Source: Chiloscyllium plagiosum
Taxonomy: Eukaryota
NCBI RefSeq assembly: GCF_004010195.1
Contig: NC_057718.1
Coordinates: 63,596,987-63,654,741 of the forward strand
Direction of reading: 5' to 3'
DNA length: 57,755 nt
Shown here: positions 12,405-26,025 of the stretch, one piece after another
How positions within the stretch are numbered: the first letter of the stretch is position 1
How the letters are laid out: each line of letters opens with the position of its first letter
The notes under the pieces: model-generated
What the model was told of the DNA's origin: nothing
The model's input: only the letters and a program-made list of their open reading frames with translations
The model's database searches: none
Translations under genes and position numbers: made by a program

Positions 12405-15400
12405 TTAAGATAATCGAGCAGAATTAGGCATTCAGTCCATCAAATCTGCTCTGCCATTCAATCATGGCTTATATGTTTCTCAATCCCATTCTCCTGCCTT
12501 CTCTTTGTAACCCTTCTCCTTTATAAATCAAGAACTTACCTATCTCCGTCTTAAAGACATTTGGCTTCCACAGCCCTCTGGGGCAATAGGTTCCAAAGGG
12601 TCACTATCCTCTGAAATTCCTATTCATCTCAGTTCTAAAGGGTCATCCCTTCACTCTGAAGCTGTGTACTTAGGTCCTAGTTCTCGCCTATTCGTGGTAA
12701 CATCTTTACCACACCAACTTTATCCAGGCCTCTCAATACTCTAAGTTTCAATGAGATCTCCCTCATGCTAAATTCCATCGGATATACACCCAGAGTCCTC
12801 AACCGCTCCTCACATGACAAACCCTTCATTCTTAGGATTATTCATGCAAACCTCCTCTGGACCCACTCCAATTCCAGCACATCCCCTTTCTTAGAAATGG
12901 GTCCAAAACTGCTCCCAATATTCCAAATGCAGTCTGACCAGAGCCTTACATCACTGTTCTTGTATTTAAGATCTCTCGAAATGAATGCTAACATTGCAAT
13001 TGCCTTCAAAACTGCCAATTAGGCCTACAGGTTACCTTAAGGAAAACTGTGAAATAAGACTCCTAAGTCTCTTTATGCTTCAGATTTCCAAAGCCTTTCT
13101 CCACTTAAAAATAGCTTACTCCACTATTTGTCACATCAAAATGCATAACATCACACTTTCCCACATGGTATTGCATCTGCCACTTCTTTGACCACTCTCC
13201 TAGCCTGTCCAAGTCTTCAGCAGCCTCCCTGCTTCTTCAACAGTAAACATCGCTCCACCTACCTTTGTGCCATCTGAAAACTTAGCAACAATGCCCATAG
13301 TTCCTTCATCCAGATCGTTAATATATAACGTGAATAGTTGTGGTCCAACACTGATCTCTGTGGAATTCCATTGGTTGCAATCCTGAAAAAGACCACTTTA
13401 TTCCCACTAAACAAAAAAAACCAAAGAACTTCTGGAAATCTGAAACAAAAACAGAAATTGCTGAAGAAAGTCAGCAGATCTGGCAGCACTTGTGTAGAGA
13501 AAGCAGTCTGCTCTCCTCTGTCCAACTTTCTCGTTACCTCCTCAAAGAATTCTAACAGATTTGTCAGGCATTACTTCATTTTGAAGAGGTGCTGACTCAG
13601 CTCTATTTTACCTTTCACTTCCACATACTCCATAATCTCATCCCTATTAATGGACTCTAAAAATCTTACTGACAACCAAGGCCAGGCTAACCAGTCTATA
13701 ATTTCCTGTCTGCTGCCACCCTCCTTTCTTAAACAGGGATGTTACACCAGTCAGTTTCTAGTCCCCTAGGACTCTCCCTGACTCTAGCAATTCCTGAAAG
13801 ATCACATCCAAAATATCTGCAGCTATATCCATTAGAACCCTGGGGTGTGGTCCATCTCGTCAAGCTGAATTATCCACCTACAGACCTTTCAGCCTACCAG
13901 CTCCATCTCCTTAGTAATGGCCAATATACTCACCTTTGCCCTCTGACTCTCGAGGTTCTGGTATGCTACTGATGTCTGCCACCATTAAGACCGATCCAAT
14001 GTACCTATTCAGTACCTGCGCCATTTTTGTATCCCCATTCTACTTCTCCACCCTCACTTTTCACCAGTCCAATGTTCACTTTCATTTTTTAGATATCTTT
14101 AAAAACACTCTTACAATCTACTATAATATTACTAGGTAACTTACCCTAGGATTTCATCTTCTCCCTCTTATTGCTTTTTAGTTGTCCTCTGCTGGTTTTT
14201 AAACACTTCTCAATCTTTTGGCTTTCTACTAATCTTCACCAAATTGCATGCTTTTTCTTTTACTTTTCTGCTGTTCCTACTTCCCTTGGCAGCCCTTAGT
14301 ATGTTTGTTATTCTTTGGGATAAATTTCTGTGGTGCCTCACATTGCTGCACCAGCATCTTCCATGCTAGGTTCCCTTTCAAATCAACTCTGGCCAACTCC
14401 CCCCTCATGCCTTTGTATTTACCTTTACTCAACTGTAAAAGCATTTCATCTGATTCCAGTTTCTCCCTCTCAAACTGCAGGGTGAACTCTATCATCATAT
14501 GGTCACTGCCTGCTACAGGTTTCTTCATCTTAAGCTCACTAAACATGTCTGCCTTACACTTTACTAAGTCCAGAATTGCCTATTCCTTACTGTGCTCTAC
14601 CGCAAGTTGCTCCAAAAACATAATCGCGTAGACATTCCACAAAATTATTTTCTTGATCTGCTACCAACCTGATTTTTCCCAGCCCACCTGCATATTGAAA
14701 TCCCCCATGATTATTTCTAACATGCCTTTTCTATCTCCCGATTTATTTTCTACCCCTACATAATTCCCATTAGAGTCTTTTTACTTTTGTGGTTCCTCAA
14801 CTCTACCCATGCACACAGATTCATAATTTCCAATCTTATATCACTGTTTGCTCTCAATTTAATTTAATTTCTTACTAATAAGACAACACTGATTCCTCTG
14901 CCCGAGCTTTCAAAAGGACGTGTATCCTTGGATAATCAGTTCTTAGCCCTGATCCCCTTGTAGCCACGTCTTGGTGATGCCCACAATATCGCACTTGCCA
15001 ATTTAAATCTGCATTATAAGCACATTTATCTGGCTTTGTAAACTCTAAGTGTTTAAGTACCACACCCTCAGTCCTGCACTGACTGCTCCCTTCTCATACT
15101 TCTTCCCTTGTCTGCTGTGGCTGAAGTTGGATTCTTCACCCTTTTGATACTCTGACTTATTACTTATTCTGGAAACTTTGATAATCTCTCCTGAACTCTC
15201 ACTCTTTAACTAGTCAAAGTCCTGTAACCACCCTATTTAGCCTTTCCACTAGTCCCAGACCAGCTTAAGTGGAGCCAGTCCCAATGGTCCAATTATTTCT
15301 TGTTCCAGTACTGATGCCAGTGCCCCACAAAATGAAACCTCTCTTTCCTACACCACTCCTTTAGCCACAAGTTTACTTGCCTAATCTTATCTTTTTGCCA

Positions 15401-15700
15401 ATTTGCATGTGGCTCAGGCAATTATTCCGAGATTACAGCCTTTGAGGTCTTGTTTCTAACTTTGTTCAGAATTGCTGTTATTATTGAAACATGATCTCTC
15501 AACCTCTTGTCTTCATTTTTGGTGCCAACACAGACCACATCAACTGGATCCGCCCCCTTCCTCTCAAGTATCCTTTCATATTCTAAAATGGTGGACTGAG
15601 AGTAGTGTGGATCTTGCAGCTGCACCCGAGATTGCAGGCTTACTTAGATTACCTAGATTTCTTAGTTATTACATTTCAGGAGTATAAGATTTTTATTTTG
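12405..15700 (-). mobile_element. CR1 LINE, near full length and degenerate
   Basis: 3' tail at about 12410, GIPQRSVL (RT), AGSDHMMIEF (EN), VVCVGTKN and KTSKAVISE (ORF1 SGNH). Confidence 0.85.
13410..13507 (-). mobile_element. PLE 3' tail fragment inserted in CR1
   Basis: Similar to 41310-41436 and 56848-56988 (aaagaac...tctgaaacaaaaacagaaattgctg...tctggcagca). Confidence 0.7.
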
Positions 15701-16202
15701 ATTCATATTTAGTTTTGTTTTTAAAGTGAATGACATAAAACAGAAGCAAAATAAAGTGCTTGATTTTTTTCAAATGTACATTTTGGAGAGGCCGACACAA
15801 TTTTCTCTAAAATTATCCAAGTAGAAGGAGAGTTTTAAAACATCGCTAAAATTTTTTGAATTGTCGAGGAAGTCTTTAAATTGTGTTTAATTTTTTAAAA
15901 ATGGAGCTTTCAGAAAGGCCGACACATGGACAGCTCTGGAGTGAAGAATAAAAGCTGTCAGATGGACCACTTGAGCAGGAGCTCTTTTTAAAATTTAATT
16001 GTTCAGCTAAGTGCTCATTTTATTTAAATTTTGGAGATTTGATTTTTTTTTTGTTTGCATGCTTAGCATTAATTCTTTGGATAAGGACAGCTAGTTTATT
16101 TTATATATAGGGTGCTATTGGAAGCTACTTCTTGTTAAGATGAATGTCACTGAGGGCATATAAGAGACACAGAGTTTGATGGCTAGGAGACTTAGAGAAG
16201 GT

Positions 16203-16523
16203 GGGCGGCACGGTGGCACAGTGGTTAGCACTGCTGCCTCACAGCGCCTGAGACCCGGGTTCAATTCCCGCCTCAGGCGACTGACTGTGTGGAGTTTGCA
16301 CGTTCTCCCCGTGTCTGCGTGGGTTTCCTCCGGGTGCTCCGGTTTCCTCCCACAGTGCAAAGATGTGCAGGGTCAGGTGAATTGGCCATGCTAAATTGCC
16401 CGTAGTGTTAGGCAAGGGGTAAATGTAGGGGTATGGGTGGGTTTCGCTTCGGCGGGTCGGTGTGGACTTGTTGGGCCGAAGGGCCTGTTTCCACACTGTA
16501 ATGTAATCTAAAAAAATCTAAAA
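16203..16523 (+). mobile_element. Very young HE1-like V-SINE
   Basis: CpGs retained (gggcggcacggtggcacagtggttagc...cccgggttcaattcccgcc), (TCTAAA..) tail, possible AAGGT TSD at 16198-16202 and 16524-16528. Confidence 0.95.
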
Positions 16524-16696
16524 AAGGTATTACACAGCAGGTGACTGTCAGGAAAGGGAAGATGGTAGTTAGAAGTCTCCTGTGGCTAATTCCTCTCTCA
16601 AACAGATACTCAGTTTTGGTTATTGTTGAAAAGGACAGTCTCTCAAAAGCAAAATACAGGAGTCAGTCAGATCTTGGGCAGTAAGAATGAACCTTA

Positions 16697-19675
16697 TTGA
16701 GTCATAGAGATGAACAGCATGGAAACAGACTCTTTGGTCCAACTTGTCCATGCTGACACATATCCGAATCTGATCTAGACACATTTGCCAGCATTTGGGC
16801 CCATGTTCCTCTAAACCCTTCCTATGCATATACCCATCCAGATAACTTTTAAATGCTGCAATTGTACCAGCTTCCACCACTTCCTCTGGCAGCTCATTCC
16901 ATACATGCACCACCCTCTGTGTGAAAAGGTTGCTCCTCAGGTCCCTTTTATATCTTTCCCCTCTCACCCTAAACCTATGCCCCCTAGTGCTGGACTCCCC
17001 TACCCCAGGGAAAAGACTTTGTCGATTTATCCTATCCATGCCCTTCATGCTTTTATAAATCTCTCTAAGGTCACCCTTCAGCCTCTGACGTTCCAGAGAA
17101 AACAGCTCCAGCCTATTCTGCCTCTCCCTATAGCTCAAATACTCCAACCCTGGCAACACCCTTGTAAATCTTTTCTCAACTCTTTCATGTTTTACAACAT
17201 CCTTCCCATAAGAGGGAGACCTGATTGGAAAGCTGAGTCTGCTGGGCCTGAATATCTCCCTCTGTAACTGGATCCTAGACTTCCGGACTGGGAGATCTCT
17301 ATCAGTCCGGATTCGGAACAGCATCTCCAATACCATCACACTGAGCACAGGGACCCCGCAGGGCTGTACGCTCAGTCCACTGCTGTTCATCCTACTGATA
17401 CACGACTGTGCAGCGATGCACAGGTAGAATCACATCATCAAGTTCGCTGATGATACGACTGTAGTGGGTCTCATCAGCACGAACGACGAGTCAGCATACA
17501 GAGAGGAGGTGCAGCGGCTAACGGACTGGTGCAGAGCCAACAACCTGTCTCTGATACTGGACAAATCAAAAGAGATGGTTTGCTGACTTCAGGAGGGCAC
17601 AGAGCGATCACTCTCTGCTGGACACCGACGGCTCCCCTGTGAAGATCGTGAAGAGCACCAAATTCCTTAGTGCATACCTGGCAGAGAATCTCACCTGGAC
17701 CGTCAACACCGGCTCCATAGCCAAGAAACCCAGCAGTGTCTTTACTTTCTGCGCAGTCTGAGGAAAGCCTACTTCCCACTCTCCACCCCCACCACATTCC
17801 ACAGAGGGTTTATTGAGAGTACCCTGAGCTGCTGCATCACTGCCTGGTTCGGGAATTGCACTTTCTCGGATCGTAACACGTGATAATGGATAGTGAGGAC
17901 AGCGGAGAAGATCATCGGGATCTCTCTTCCCTCCATTACAGACAATTATACCACACGCTACATCCGAAAGGCTAAGAGCTTTGTGGAAGACCTCTCACAT
18001 CCCTCACTCAAACTCTTCTCCCTTCTGCCATCTAGCAGTAGATACAGGAGCATACAGTGTCTCACAGCCAGACTATACAACAGTTTCTTCCCCCAAGCCA
18101 TCAGGCTCCTTGACACAGTGTAATCGGACATTTTCCCAACTGAAATTCTTTCGTAATGCTGCTAGAAAAATGTCTATTATCCATCATTCTTCTGTTACAC
18201 TGTAACTTGCGTGATTTGCACTTTTTATGCACTTTATGCCATGTATGGTTGTATAGTTGTGCTGTCCATTTAGCACCCTTAGTACTGGAGGAACGCTGTC
18301 TTGTTTTTACTGTATCAGTTGCATATGGTATAAATGATAAATAAAAGCTCCTCTACTCTACTCTACCAGAATTGCACGCAATAATCCAATAGTGGCCTAA
18401 CCAACATCCTATACAGCCACAACATGACCTCCCAACTCCTGTATTTAATACTCTGAGCAATAACGAAAGCATACCAAACGCTTTCTTCACTATCCTATCT
18501 CCCTGCGTCTCTATTTTCAAGGAACGATGAACCTGCATTCCAAGGTTTCTATGTTCAGCAACACTCCCTAGGACCTTAACACTAAGTGCATAAATGCTGC
18601 TCAGATTTGCTTTCCCAAAGTGCAGCACCTCACAATTATCTAAATTAAACTCCACCTGCCACTCCTCAGCTCATTGGCCCATCTGATCAAGATCCCATTG
18701 TAATCTGAGGTAACCTTCTTCGCAATCCACTACACCTCCAATTTTGGTGTCATCTTCAAACTTACAAACTATAACTCTTATGTTCATATCCAAATCATTT
18801 ATATAAATGACCAAAAGTAGTGGACCCAGCACCAATCCTTGTGGCACTCCACTGGTCACAGGCCTCCAGTCTGAAATACAACCCTCCACCACTACCCTCT
18901 GTCGTCTATATTCGAGCCAGTTCTATATCCAAATGGCTAGTTCTCTCTGTATTCCATGAGATTTAACCTTGCTAAGCAGTCTACCATGGGGAAACTTGTT
19001 GTACGCCTTACTGAAGTCCATATAGACCATGTCCACCGCTCTGTCCTCATCAGTCCACTTCAAAAAACTCAGTCAGGTTTGTAAGATATGATTTCCCATT
19101 CACAAAGCCATGCTGACTATCCCTAATCAGTCCTTGCCTTTCCAAATACATGTGAATCCTGTCCCTCAGGATTCCCTCAAACAACTTGCCCACCACTGAC
19201 GTTAGGCTCACTGGTCTATAGTTCCCTAGTTTACCCTTACCACCTTTCTTAAATAGTGGCACCATGTTAGCCAACTTCCAGTCTTTCGGCACCTTACCTG
19301 TGACTATCGATGATACAAATATCTCAGCAAAGAGGCCCAGCAATCACTTGCCTAGCTCCCCGCAGAGCTCTAGCATACATCTGATCAGGTCCTGGGGATT
19401 TATCCACTTATGCATTTCAAGATACCCAGCACCTCCTCCTGTGTAATATGGACATTTTTCAAGATGTCACCATCTATTTCTCCACATTATATGTCTTCCA
19501 TGTCCTTCTCCATCGTAAACACTGATGCAAAATACTTGTTTAATATATACCCCATCACCTGCGGCTCCACACTTCAGCTGCCTTGCTGATCTTTGAGGGG
19601 CCCTAATCTCTCCCTAGTTACCCTTTTGTCCTTAGTGTATTTATAATAACCCTTTGGATTATCCTTAACTCTATT
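16697..19675 (-). mobile_element. CR1 LINE (5'-truncated) nested in CR1 and split by Rex1/Babar
   Basis: NYRPVSLTSVVGK, GVPQGLVLGP, KFEDDTKIGG, RVVHVWNELPEEVV and a (CTATGACT) tail at 16697. Confidence 0.92.
17222..18364 (+). mobile_element. Rex1/Babar-clade LINE, 5'-truncated
   Basis: LCNWILDF...[19 protein letters not shown]...IIKFADDTTVVGLIS...SFFPQAIRLL, then AATAAA and a (CTCTA)n tail. ACC is present at both junctions (17219-17221 and 18365-18367). Confidence 0.9.
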
Positions 19676-22600
19676 TTCAGGGTTTGACAAAATTTTAAAA
19701 GAGTAATTATTACAGGGGACTGTCCTGTCTAGAGCATAGACGGCAGATGTTGCAGCAGTGAGTGTGAATCTAGGATTGTGTGTTGCTTTCTTGGTGCCAA
19801 GCTTAAGGGTGTCTCTAACAATATACTTCAATCATTTTAAGAGGAGAGTGAGTAGACAGAAGATATTGTACACAATGGTAGGAATGACGGTGAGGAAAGA
19901 AATAAGTGTGAATATGAGAGGTTAGGTGGAAAATTCAAAATATAGAACCTCAAAAACAGTAATCTCTGGTTTACTTCTAGTGCCTAGCTGGAATGAGGGC
20001 AAGGATACAAGTATAAAGGAGATAAATCAATAGCTGCTGCTGTGGTGTAAAGTTCAGGGATTCAGGTTCTTGGATCATTGGGATCAATTTTGGGGAAGAA
20101 AACACCTATTCAAAAAAGGATGGATTTCACCTAAACTGGAAAGGGACCAATATCCTAGCAGGAAGATTTGCTACAGAGGAAATAGAAAGATAGATAAGGA
20201 TAGTTCTGAATTTGAAAGGAACAAGTTAATTAGAAAAAAAACAGAGAAGACCACTTCAGAGACTCAAGTATCTCTGAGGAATTAAACTGCATTTACTTCA
20301 ATGCAAGGGATCTTAAGGTAAGGCGGATGGACTCAGAGTGTGTTTGGAAAAATGAGATTGGGACTTTATAATTATTACAGAAACTTGTCTGAAGGATGAT
20401 CGGGACCAGCAGCTCAAAGTTCCTGGTGTCAGATGAGCGAGAGAGTGAGAGAGAGAGACAGAGTGAGAGGAGTTTTTGATTAGGGATAATGTTACGGCCG
20501 TGCTTAGGGAGGATATTCCAGGTAGTATGTCCAGTGAAGTTATTTGGGTGGAACTGAGAAATGAGAAAGGGAAGATCACCTTATTAGGACTGTAGTATAG
20601 ACCCCCCAAATGGTCAGTGGGAAATTGAGAAGCGAATTTGTGAGGAGATTTCAGTTATCTGCAAGAATACTAGGGGATTTTAACTTTCCAAACATAGACT
20701 GGCAGTGTCATAGTGTTAAGGGATTGGATGGAGAGGAATTTGTGAAATGTGTACAAGAAAATTTTCTGATTCAGTATGTGGATGTGCCTAGTAGAGAAGG
20801 AGCAAAACTTGACCTACTCTTGAGAAGCAGGGCAGGGCAAGTGACAGAGGTGTCAGTGGGGGGTCACTTTGTGGCAAGTGATCATAATTATATTAATTTT
20901 TAAATAGTTATGGAAAAGGAGAGACCTGATCTAAAAGTTGAAGTTCTAAATTGGAGGAAGGCCAATTTTGACGGTATTAGACAAGAATTTTCAAAAATTG
21001 ATTCAGGCTGATATTCGCAAGTATAGGGACAACTAAAAAGTGGCAAACCTTCAAAAATGAGATCATGAGCAAGTCCAGAGACAGTGTGTTCCTGTTAGCA
21101 TGAAGGACAAGGCTGGTAGGTGTAGGGAATGCTGAATGACTAGTGAAATTAATGTTCTAGTCAAGAAAAAGAAGGAAGCATAGGTCAGGTATGGACGAAG
21201 GGATTGAGTGAATCCAGAGAGGATTATAAGGGCAGTAGGAGTATACTTAAAGAGGGAAATCAGGAGGGCAAAAAGGTGACATGAGATAGCTTTGGTAAAT
21301 AGGGCTAAGGAGAATCCGAAGGTTTTCTACAAATACATTAAGGACAAAAGAATAACTAGGGAGAGAATAGGGCCCCTCAAAGATCAGCAATGTCGTCTAT
21401 GTGTGGAACTGCAAGAGATAGGGAAGATGCTAAATGAGTATTTTGCATCAGTGTTTACTGTGGAGAAGGATATGGAAGCTAGAGAACTTGGGGAAATAAA
21501 CAGATACCTTGAAAAGTGTCCATATCAAAGAGGAGTTGGTGCTGAACATCTAAAAATATAGAAAGATGGATAAATCCCCAGGACCAGAGCAGACGAACCC
21601 TAGAACTCTGTGCGAAGCTAGGGAAGTGATTACTACGCCTCTAGCTGAGATATTTGTATCATCAATAGTCACAGGTGAGGTGCCTGAGTGTGGAGGTTGG
21701 CTAATATGCCTTTATTGAAAAACAAATGTGGTCAGGAAAAGCCAGGGAACTACAGACCTGATAAGCCTGCCATCAGTGGTGGGCAAGTTGTTGGAGGGTT
21801 TCTGAGGGACAGGATTAGCAAAGGCAAGGACTGATAAGCGATGATCAACATGGCTTTGTGCATGGAAAATTACGTCTCACTAACTTGATTGAGTTTTTTG
21901 AAGTAGTGAAAAGGACTGAAGAAGGCAGAATGGTGGACAATGTCTATTAGATTTCAGCGAAGTATTCAACAAGGTTCTGCATGGGAGACTGGTTAACAAA
22001 GTTAGATCATATGGAATACAGGGAGAACTAGCCATTTGGATACAAAATTAGCTTGAAGGTAGGAGACACAGGCCAGTGGTGGAGGGTTGTATTTCAGACT
22101 GGAGGCCTGTGACCTGCAGTGTGCCATAAGAATCAGTGCTGGGTTCACTGCTTTTTATAATTAATATAAATGATTTGGATGTGAATATAGGAGGTATGGT
22201 TAGTAAGTTTCCAGCTGACACCAAAATTGGTGTAGTGGACAGTGGATTACCTCCGGTTACAATGGGACCTCGGACTGGATGGGCCAATGGGTTGAGGAGT
22301 GACAAATGGAGTTTAATCTCGATAAATGTGAGGTGCTACATTTTAGTAGGGCAGGACTTCTACACTTAATGGTAAGGGTGTGGGGAAGGTTGGCGAACAA
22401 AGAGACCTTGGAGGGCAGGTTCATACTTTCTTGAAAGTGCAGTTGCAGGTAGACAAGGTAGTGAGCACGGCGTTTGGTATGCTTGCCTTTATTGGTCAGT
22501 GCACTGAGTGTAGGAGTTGGGGCGTCACGTTGCTGCTGTACATGACATTGGTTAGGCCACATTTGGAATACGGAGTTAAAATCTGGCCTCCCTGCTGTAA

Positions 22601-23104
22601 GAAAGATGTTATTAAACTTGAAATGGTTCAGGAAATATTTACAAGAATGTTGCCAGGGTTGGAGGATTTGAGATACGGGGAGAGGCTGAATAGGCTAGGG
22701 CTGTTTTTTCTGGAACATTGGAGGCTGAGGGGTGACCTTATAGAAGTTTATAAAATCATGAGAGGCATGAATACAGTGAATAGTCAAGATCTTTTCCCCA
22801 GAGGAGAGGAGTCCAAAAAGGCACTAGTTTAAAGTGAGAGGGGAAAGATTTCAAAGGGACCCAAGGGGCAAATTTTTCACACAGAGGGTAGTGCGTGTAT
22901 AGAATGAACTGCCAGAGTAAGGGGTGGAAGCTGGTACAATTACAACATTTAAAAGGCATCTGATGGGCATAAGTGGAGGAAAGGTTTAGAGGGATATGGG
23001 CCAAATGCTGGCAGATAAGACTAGATTAATTTAGGATTAGATCAGCATAGATGAATTGAACCTAAGGGTCTGTGTCTGTACGGTACATATCTACGACTCT
23101 AAAG

Positions 23105-24270
23105 GAAACCAACAAGATTGATAAGGGCAGAGAGGCAGACATTTGTTTACTTAGACTTTAGTGAAGCCTTTGACAAGGTTCCACATAGTAGACTAATTAG
23201 ATCACATGGGATTCAGGTGAGCATGCCAACTGGATACAAAATTTGTTTTTAAAGGCAGGAGACAGAGTGATGGTAGAGAGTTGTTTGTCAGAATGGGTGC
23301 CTGTGACCAGTGGTATTACAGAGGGATTGGTGCTGGATCCACTTTTGTTTTGTCATTTATCTAAATGATTTAGATGAGAATATAGAAAGCATGTCAGTAA
23401 GTTTGCAGATGACACCAAAATTGGCTGTAAAGTGGATAGTAAAGGTTATCTAAGATTACAAACAGATCTTGATCAGTTGGGTGAATGGGCTGAAGAGTGG
23501 CTGATAGAGTTGAATTTGGATAAATGCAAAGGATTGCATTTTGGTAAAACAACAGAGGCAGGATTTGTACAATTAAAGGTAGGGCCTTGGGTAGCGTTGT
23601 AGAACAGAGACACCTAGGGGTTCAGGTACATATTTCTAGGAAGTTTGCGTCACATATACACAGAATGGTTAAGAAGGTGTATAGCATGCTTGCCTCCATT
23701 GCTCAGACCTTTGAGTATAGAGCTTGGGATGTTATGCTGAGGTTGTACAGGACGTTGGTAAGGCCTCATCTGGAGTACTGTGTGCAGTTCTGGTTGCCCT
23801 GTTATAGTAGTGATATTATTCAGCTGGAGAGGGTTCAGAAGAGATTTACCAGGATGCTGCCATGAGTGGATGGTTTGCATTATAAGCAGAGGCTGGAACG
23901 TTTCTTACTGGGAAGTCTATAACATCATGGGGGTACATAATTAAGGCGAATGGAAGGTAACTTTTCCCTGGGGTGGGGGATTTCAAGACTATGGCCATAT
24001 TTTGAAGGTCAGAAGAGAAAGATAAAAAAAAAAAGACAAAAGGCCAATTTCCTTTTAATTTTATACTTTTTGTTTTACACAGAGTGTGGTTCATGTCTGG
24101 AATAAGCTTCCTGGGGTACAGTCTGAAAGACATTTGGATAAGTGAACGAACAGGAAAGGTTTGGAGGGATATAGGCCAAGCACAGGCAGGTGGGACTAGT
24201 TTAGTTTGGGATCATGGTCAGCATTGACTGGTTGGACTGAAGGGACTGTTTGTGTTCCGTATGACTATGT
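23105..24270 (+). mobile_element. CR1 LINE, 5'-truncated, in tandem after the previous copy
   Basis: YLDFSEAFDKVPH, KFADDTKI, LVRPHLEYCVQFW and a 3' tail. Confidence 0.9.
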
Positions 24271-24937
24271 CCTTCACCTTGACACCAGCTGGCATCACAC
24301 TAAGTGGGTTTCTTGATCCTGCTCACAAAGATCGCTATCTGTCCTCCTAACTACCCGGCTTGATCTTTTCCAGTTTATCTTTCTTAGGTCCATTCTGATT
24401 AACTCAGAATTTATTTTTTATCCCCCCAAACTCTTCCCTAGGTCCTTGCTTTACTTATGTCTTTTTTTGGTCTGGTTCACTTCCCTTCACTAACTTCAAC
24501 AGTGATTATTCTATGGATGGGTATCTTTTGTACTCAATCCTTCTATATATTAAATCCAAGATTCTAAATGCTTTGCTAAACACTCTCCCATTGTTCTACT
24601 ACTTTCCAAGATCAATTCACACGCTTCCATCACGTTTCTCTGATCTTGCGCATAACTTCTGATTTTATTACGTAGGATCTGAATATCACAATAATTTGCC
24701 AATTGAAATGGAAAACAACAAAACTGGGCACTTCTGGGATAATTTTAGAACAGCACTGAGGCCGGCCTCTGCGCAAATCTCCCAACACATTAATGTGACT
24801 GGAGATCAAGCATGATAACTAACCCACAGGAAGGAAGGGAACATAAGAACAAAATATTGCCTTATATTTCAATAAAGGAATAAATGGAGCAACTGAGTAA
24901 TTTCTAAATGCAAAATTTCACAAATATAATGGCCTAC

Positions 24938-25058
24938 CTGTTTTTATGACGTTACACAATTCAAATATGAGTAGTTGGTTGTCACTGCCACGGTCCAACC
25001 GCTGTTCTACACTGGAGTTTAATTCATAGACCACTGCTTGCATGTTAGAGTCCAGGTA
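24938..25058 (-). CDS. PDE10A: PDE10A 121-nt coding exon (helices leading into GAF-A)
   Basis: ttgcttAG|TAC...AAAACAG|GTAGG translates [40 protein letters not shown] plus 1 nt. Recalled human PDE10A is [40 protein letters not shown]. Phase 0 in, phase 1 out. Confidence 0.96.
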
Positions 25059-25399
25059 CTAAGCAAATTAGAGGAACAGCATATTGTCTTTGAAAATTAG
25101 AAACTTTTGAGCATTAACATTCATCAAAAATATTTAAACTATTGCCAAGTAAACAATTGTTTAAACTGATAATCAGATTTTATTTAAACTTCTACAAATC
25201 AATTGCAGAGTAGCAATTGCAATGGTCAAAAATAGCAATATTATATCATTAAATTGCCAAGCGTGGTGAGCTTCTATCCAAGTCAACTATTTATGGTCAT
25301 TTTATGTTACACATACAAGATTTATATGTGTGTTTTGTTTCTGGGCCATCTCTAACTCACGGTAAGACAGATGAATGAATGGGACAACTGGATTCATGT

Positions 25400-25767
25400 T
25401 AGGCAGGTGTCACTGGCAAGGTCAGCAATTTGGTGCCCCTTTCCAATTATCCTTAAACTGAACAACTTGCTTGGCCATTTCAGACAGCAATTAAGAGTCA
25501 ACCACATTGGTAAGGTATGGAATCGCATGTAGGTTAGATGACGTTAAGGACACCAGATTTCCTTCCCTAAAGGACATGGATAAAGTAGATGGGTTTTTAA
25601 CTACATTTAATGATAATCTCACTGTCACATTACAGACACAAGTCTTATATTCTAGATTTATTAATTGAATTTAAACTCCACCATCTGCCATAGTAGGATT
25701 TGAAACCATGCTCCTGCTGGGCCTTTAGATTACCTGTTCAGTGACATTACTACTGTACCACTATCTC
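25400..25767 (-). mobile_element. tRNA-headed SINE with conserved central domain (MetaSINE-like, name unverified)
   Basis: Reverse complement has a tRNA-like head, core ...gtcctttagggaaggaaatctg...ttgactcttaattg... and a LINE-type tail. Homologous to 34445-34790. Confidence 0.7.
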
Positions 25768-25798
25768 CTTTTGGACCTTCTGAATTCTGCTGATAATG

Positions 25799-26025
25799 TG
25801 GGTGTAGGTTTGCTCGCTGAGCTGGAAGGTTCATTTTCAGATGCTTCGTCACCATAATAGATAACATCTTCAGTGAGCCTCCGGATGAAGCTTCATCCAG
25901 AGACTCACTGAAGATGTTTCCAGTATGGTGATGAGACATCTGAAAATGAACCTTCCAGCTCAGCGAGCAAACCTACATCCAGAATGTCAACCTGAGTTAT
26001 AAATCTTCTCCAAATTCGCTGTTTA
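25799..26025. mobile_element. Fold-back PLE mini-insertion (third family) with 9-bp TSD
   Basis: Arms of about 90 bp centred on GGATGAAGCTTCATCC. Each arm has a degenerate CTGAAGA-hairpin-GAAAC-like motif. CTGATAATG at 25790-25798 and 26026-26034. Confidence 0.8.

Larger units (their letters stand above)
16095..23100 (+). mobile_element. CR1 LINE, near full length, split by a SINE and by an antisense CR1
   Basis: ORF1 SPVA-IPLSNRYSVL at about 16580 resumes as VIITGDCPV..IVCCFLGAK at about 19705. Then EN (GDFNFPNIDW, SDH), RT and 3' tail ending ...gactct at 23100. Confidence 0.85.

Noticed and set aside
16203..16275. tRNA gene (also the other SINE heads)
   Set aside because: The A/B boxes continue into the V-domain and CR1 tail, so these are SINE heads, not tRNAs.
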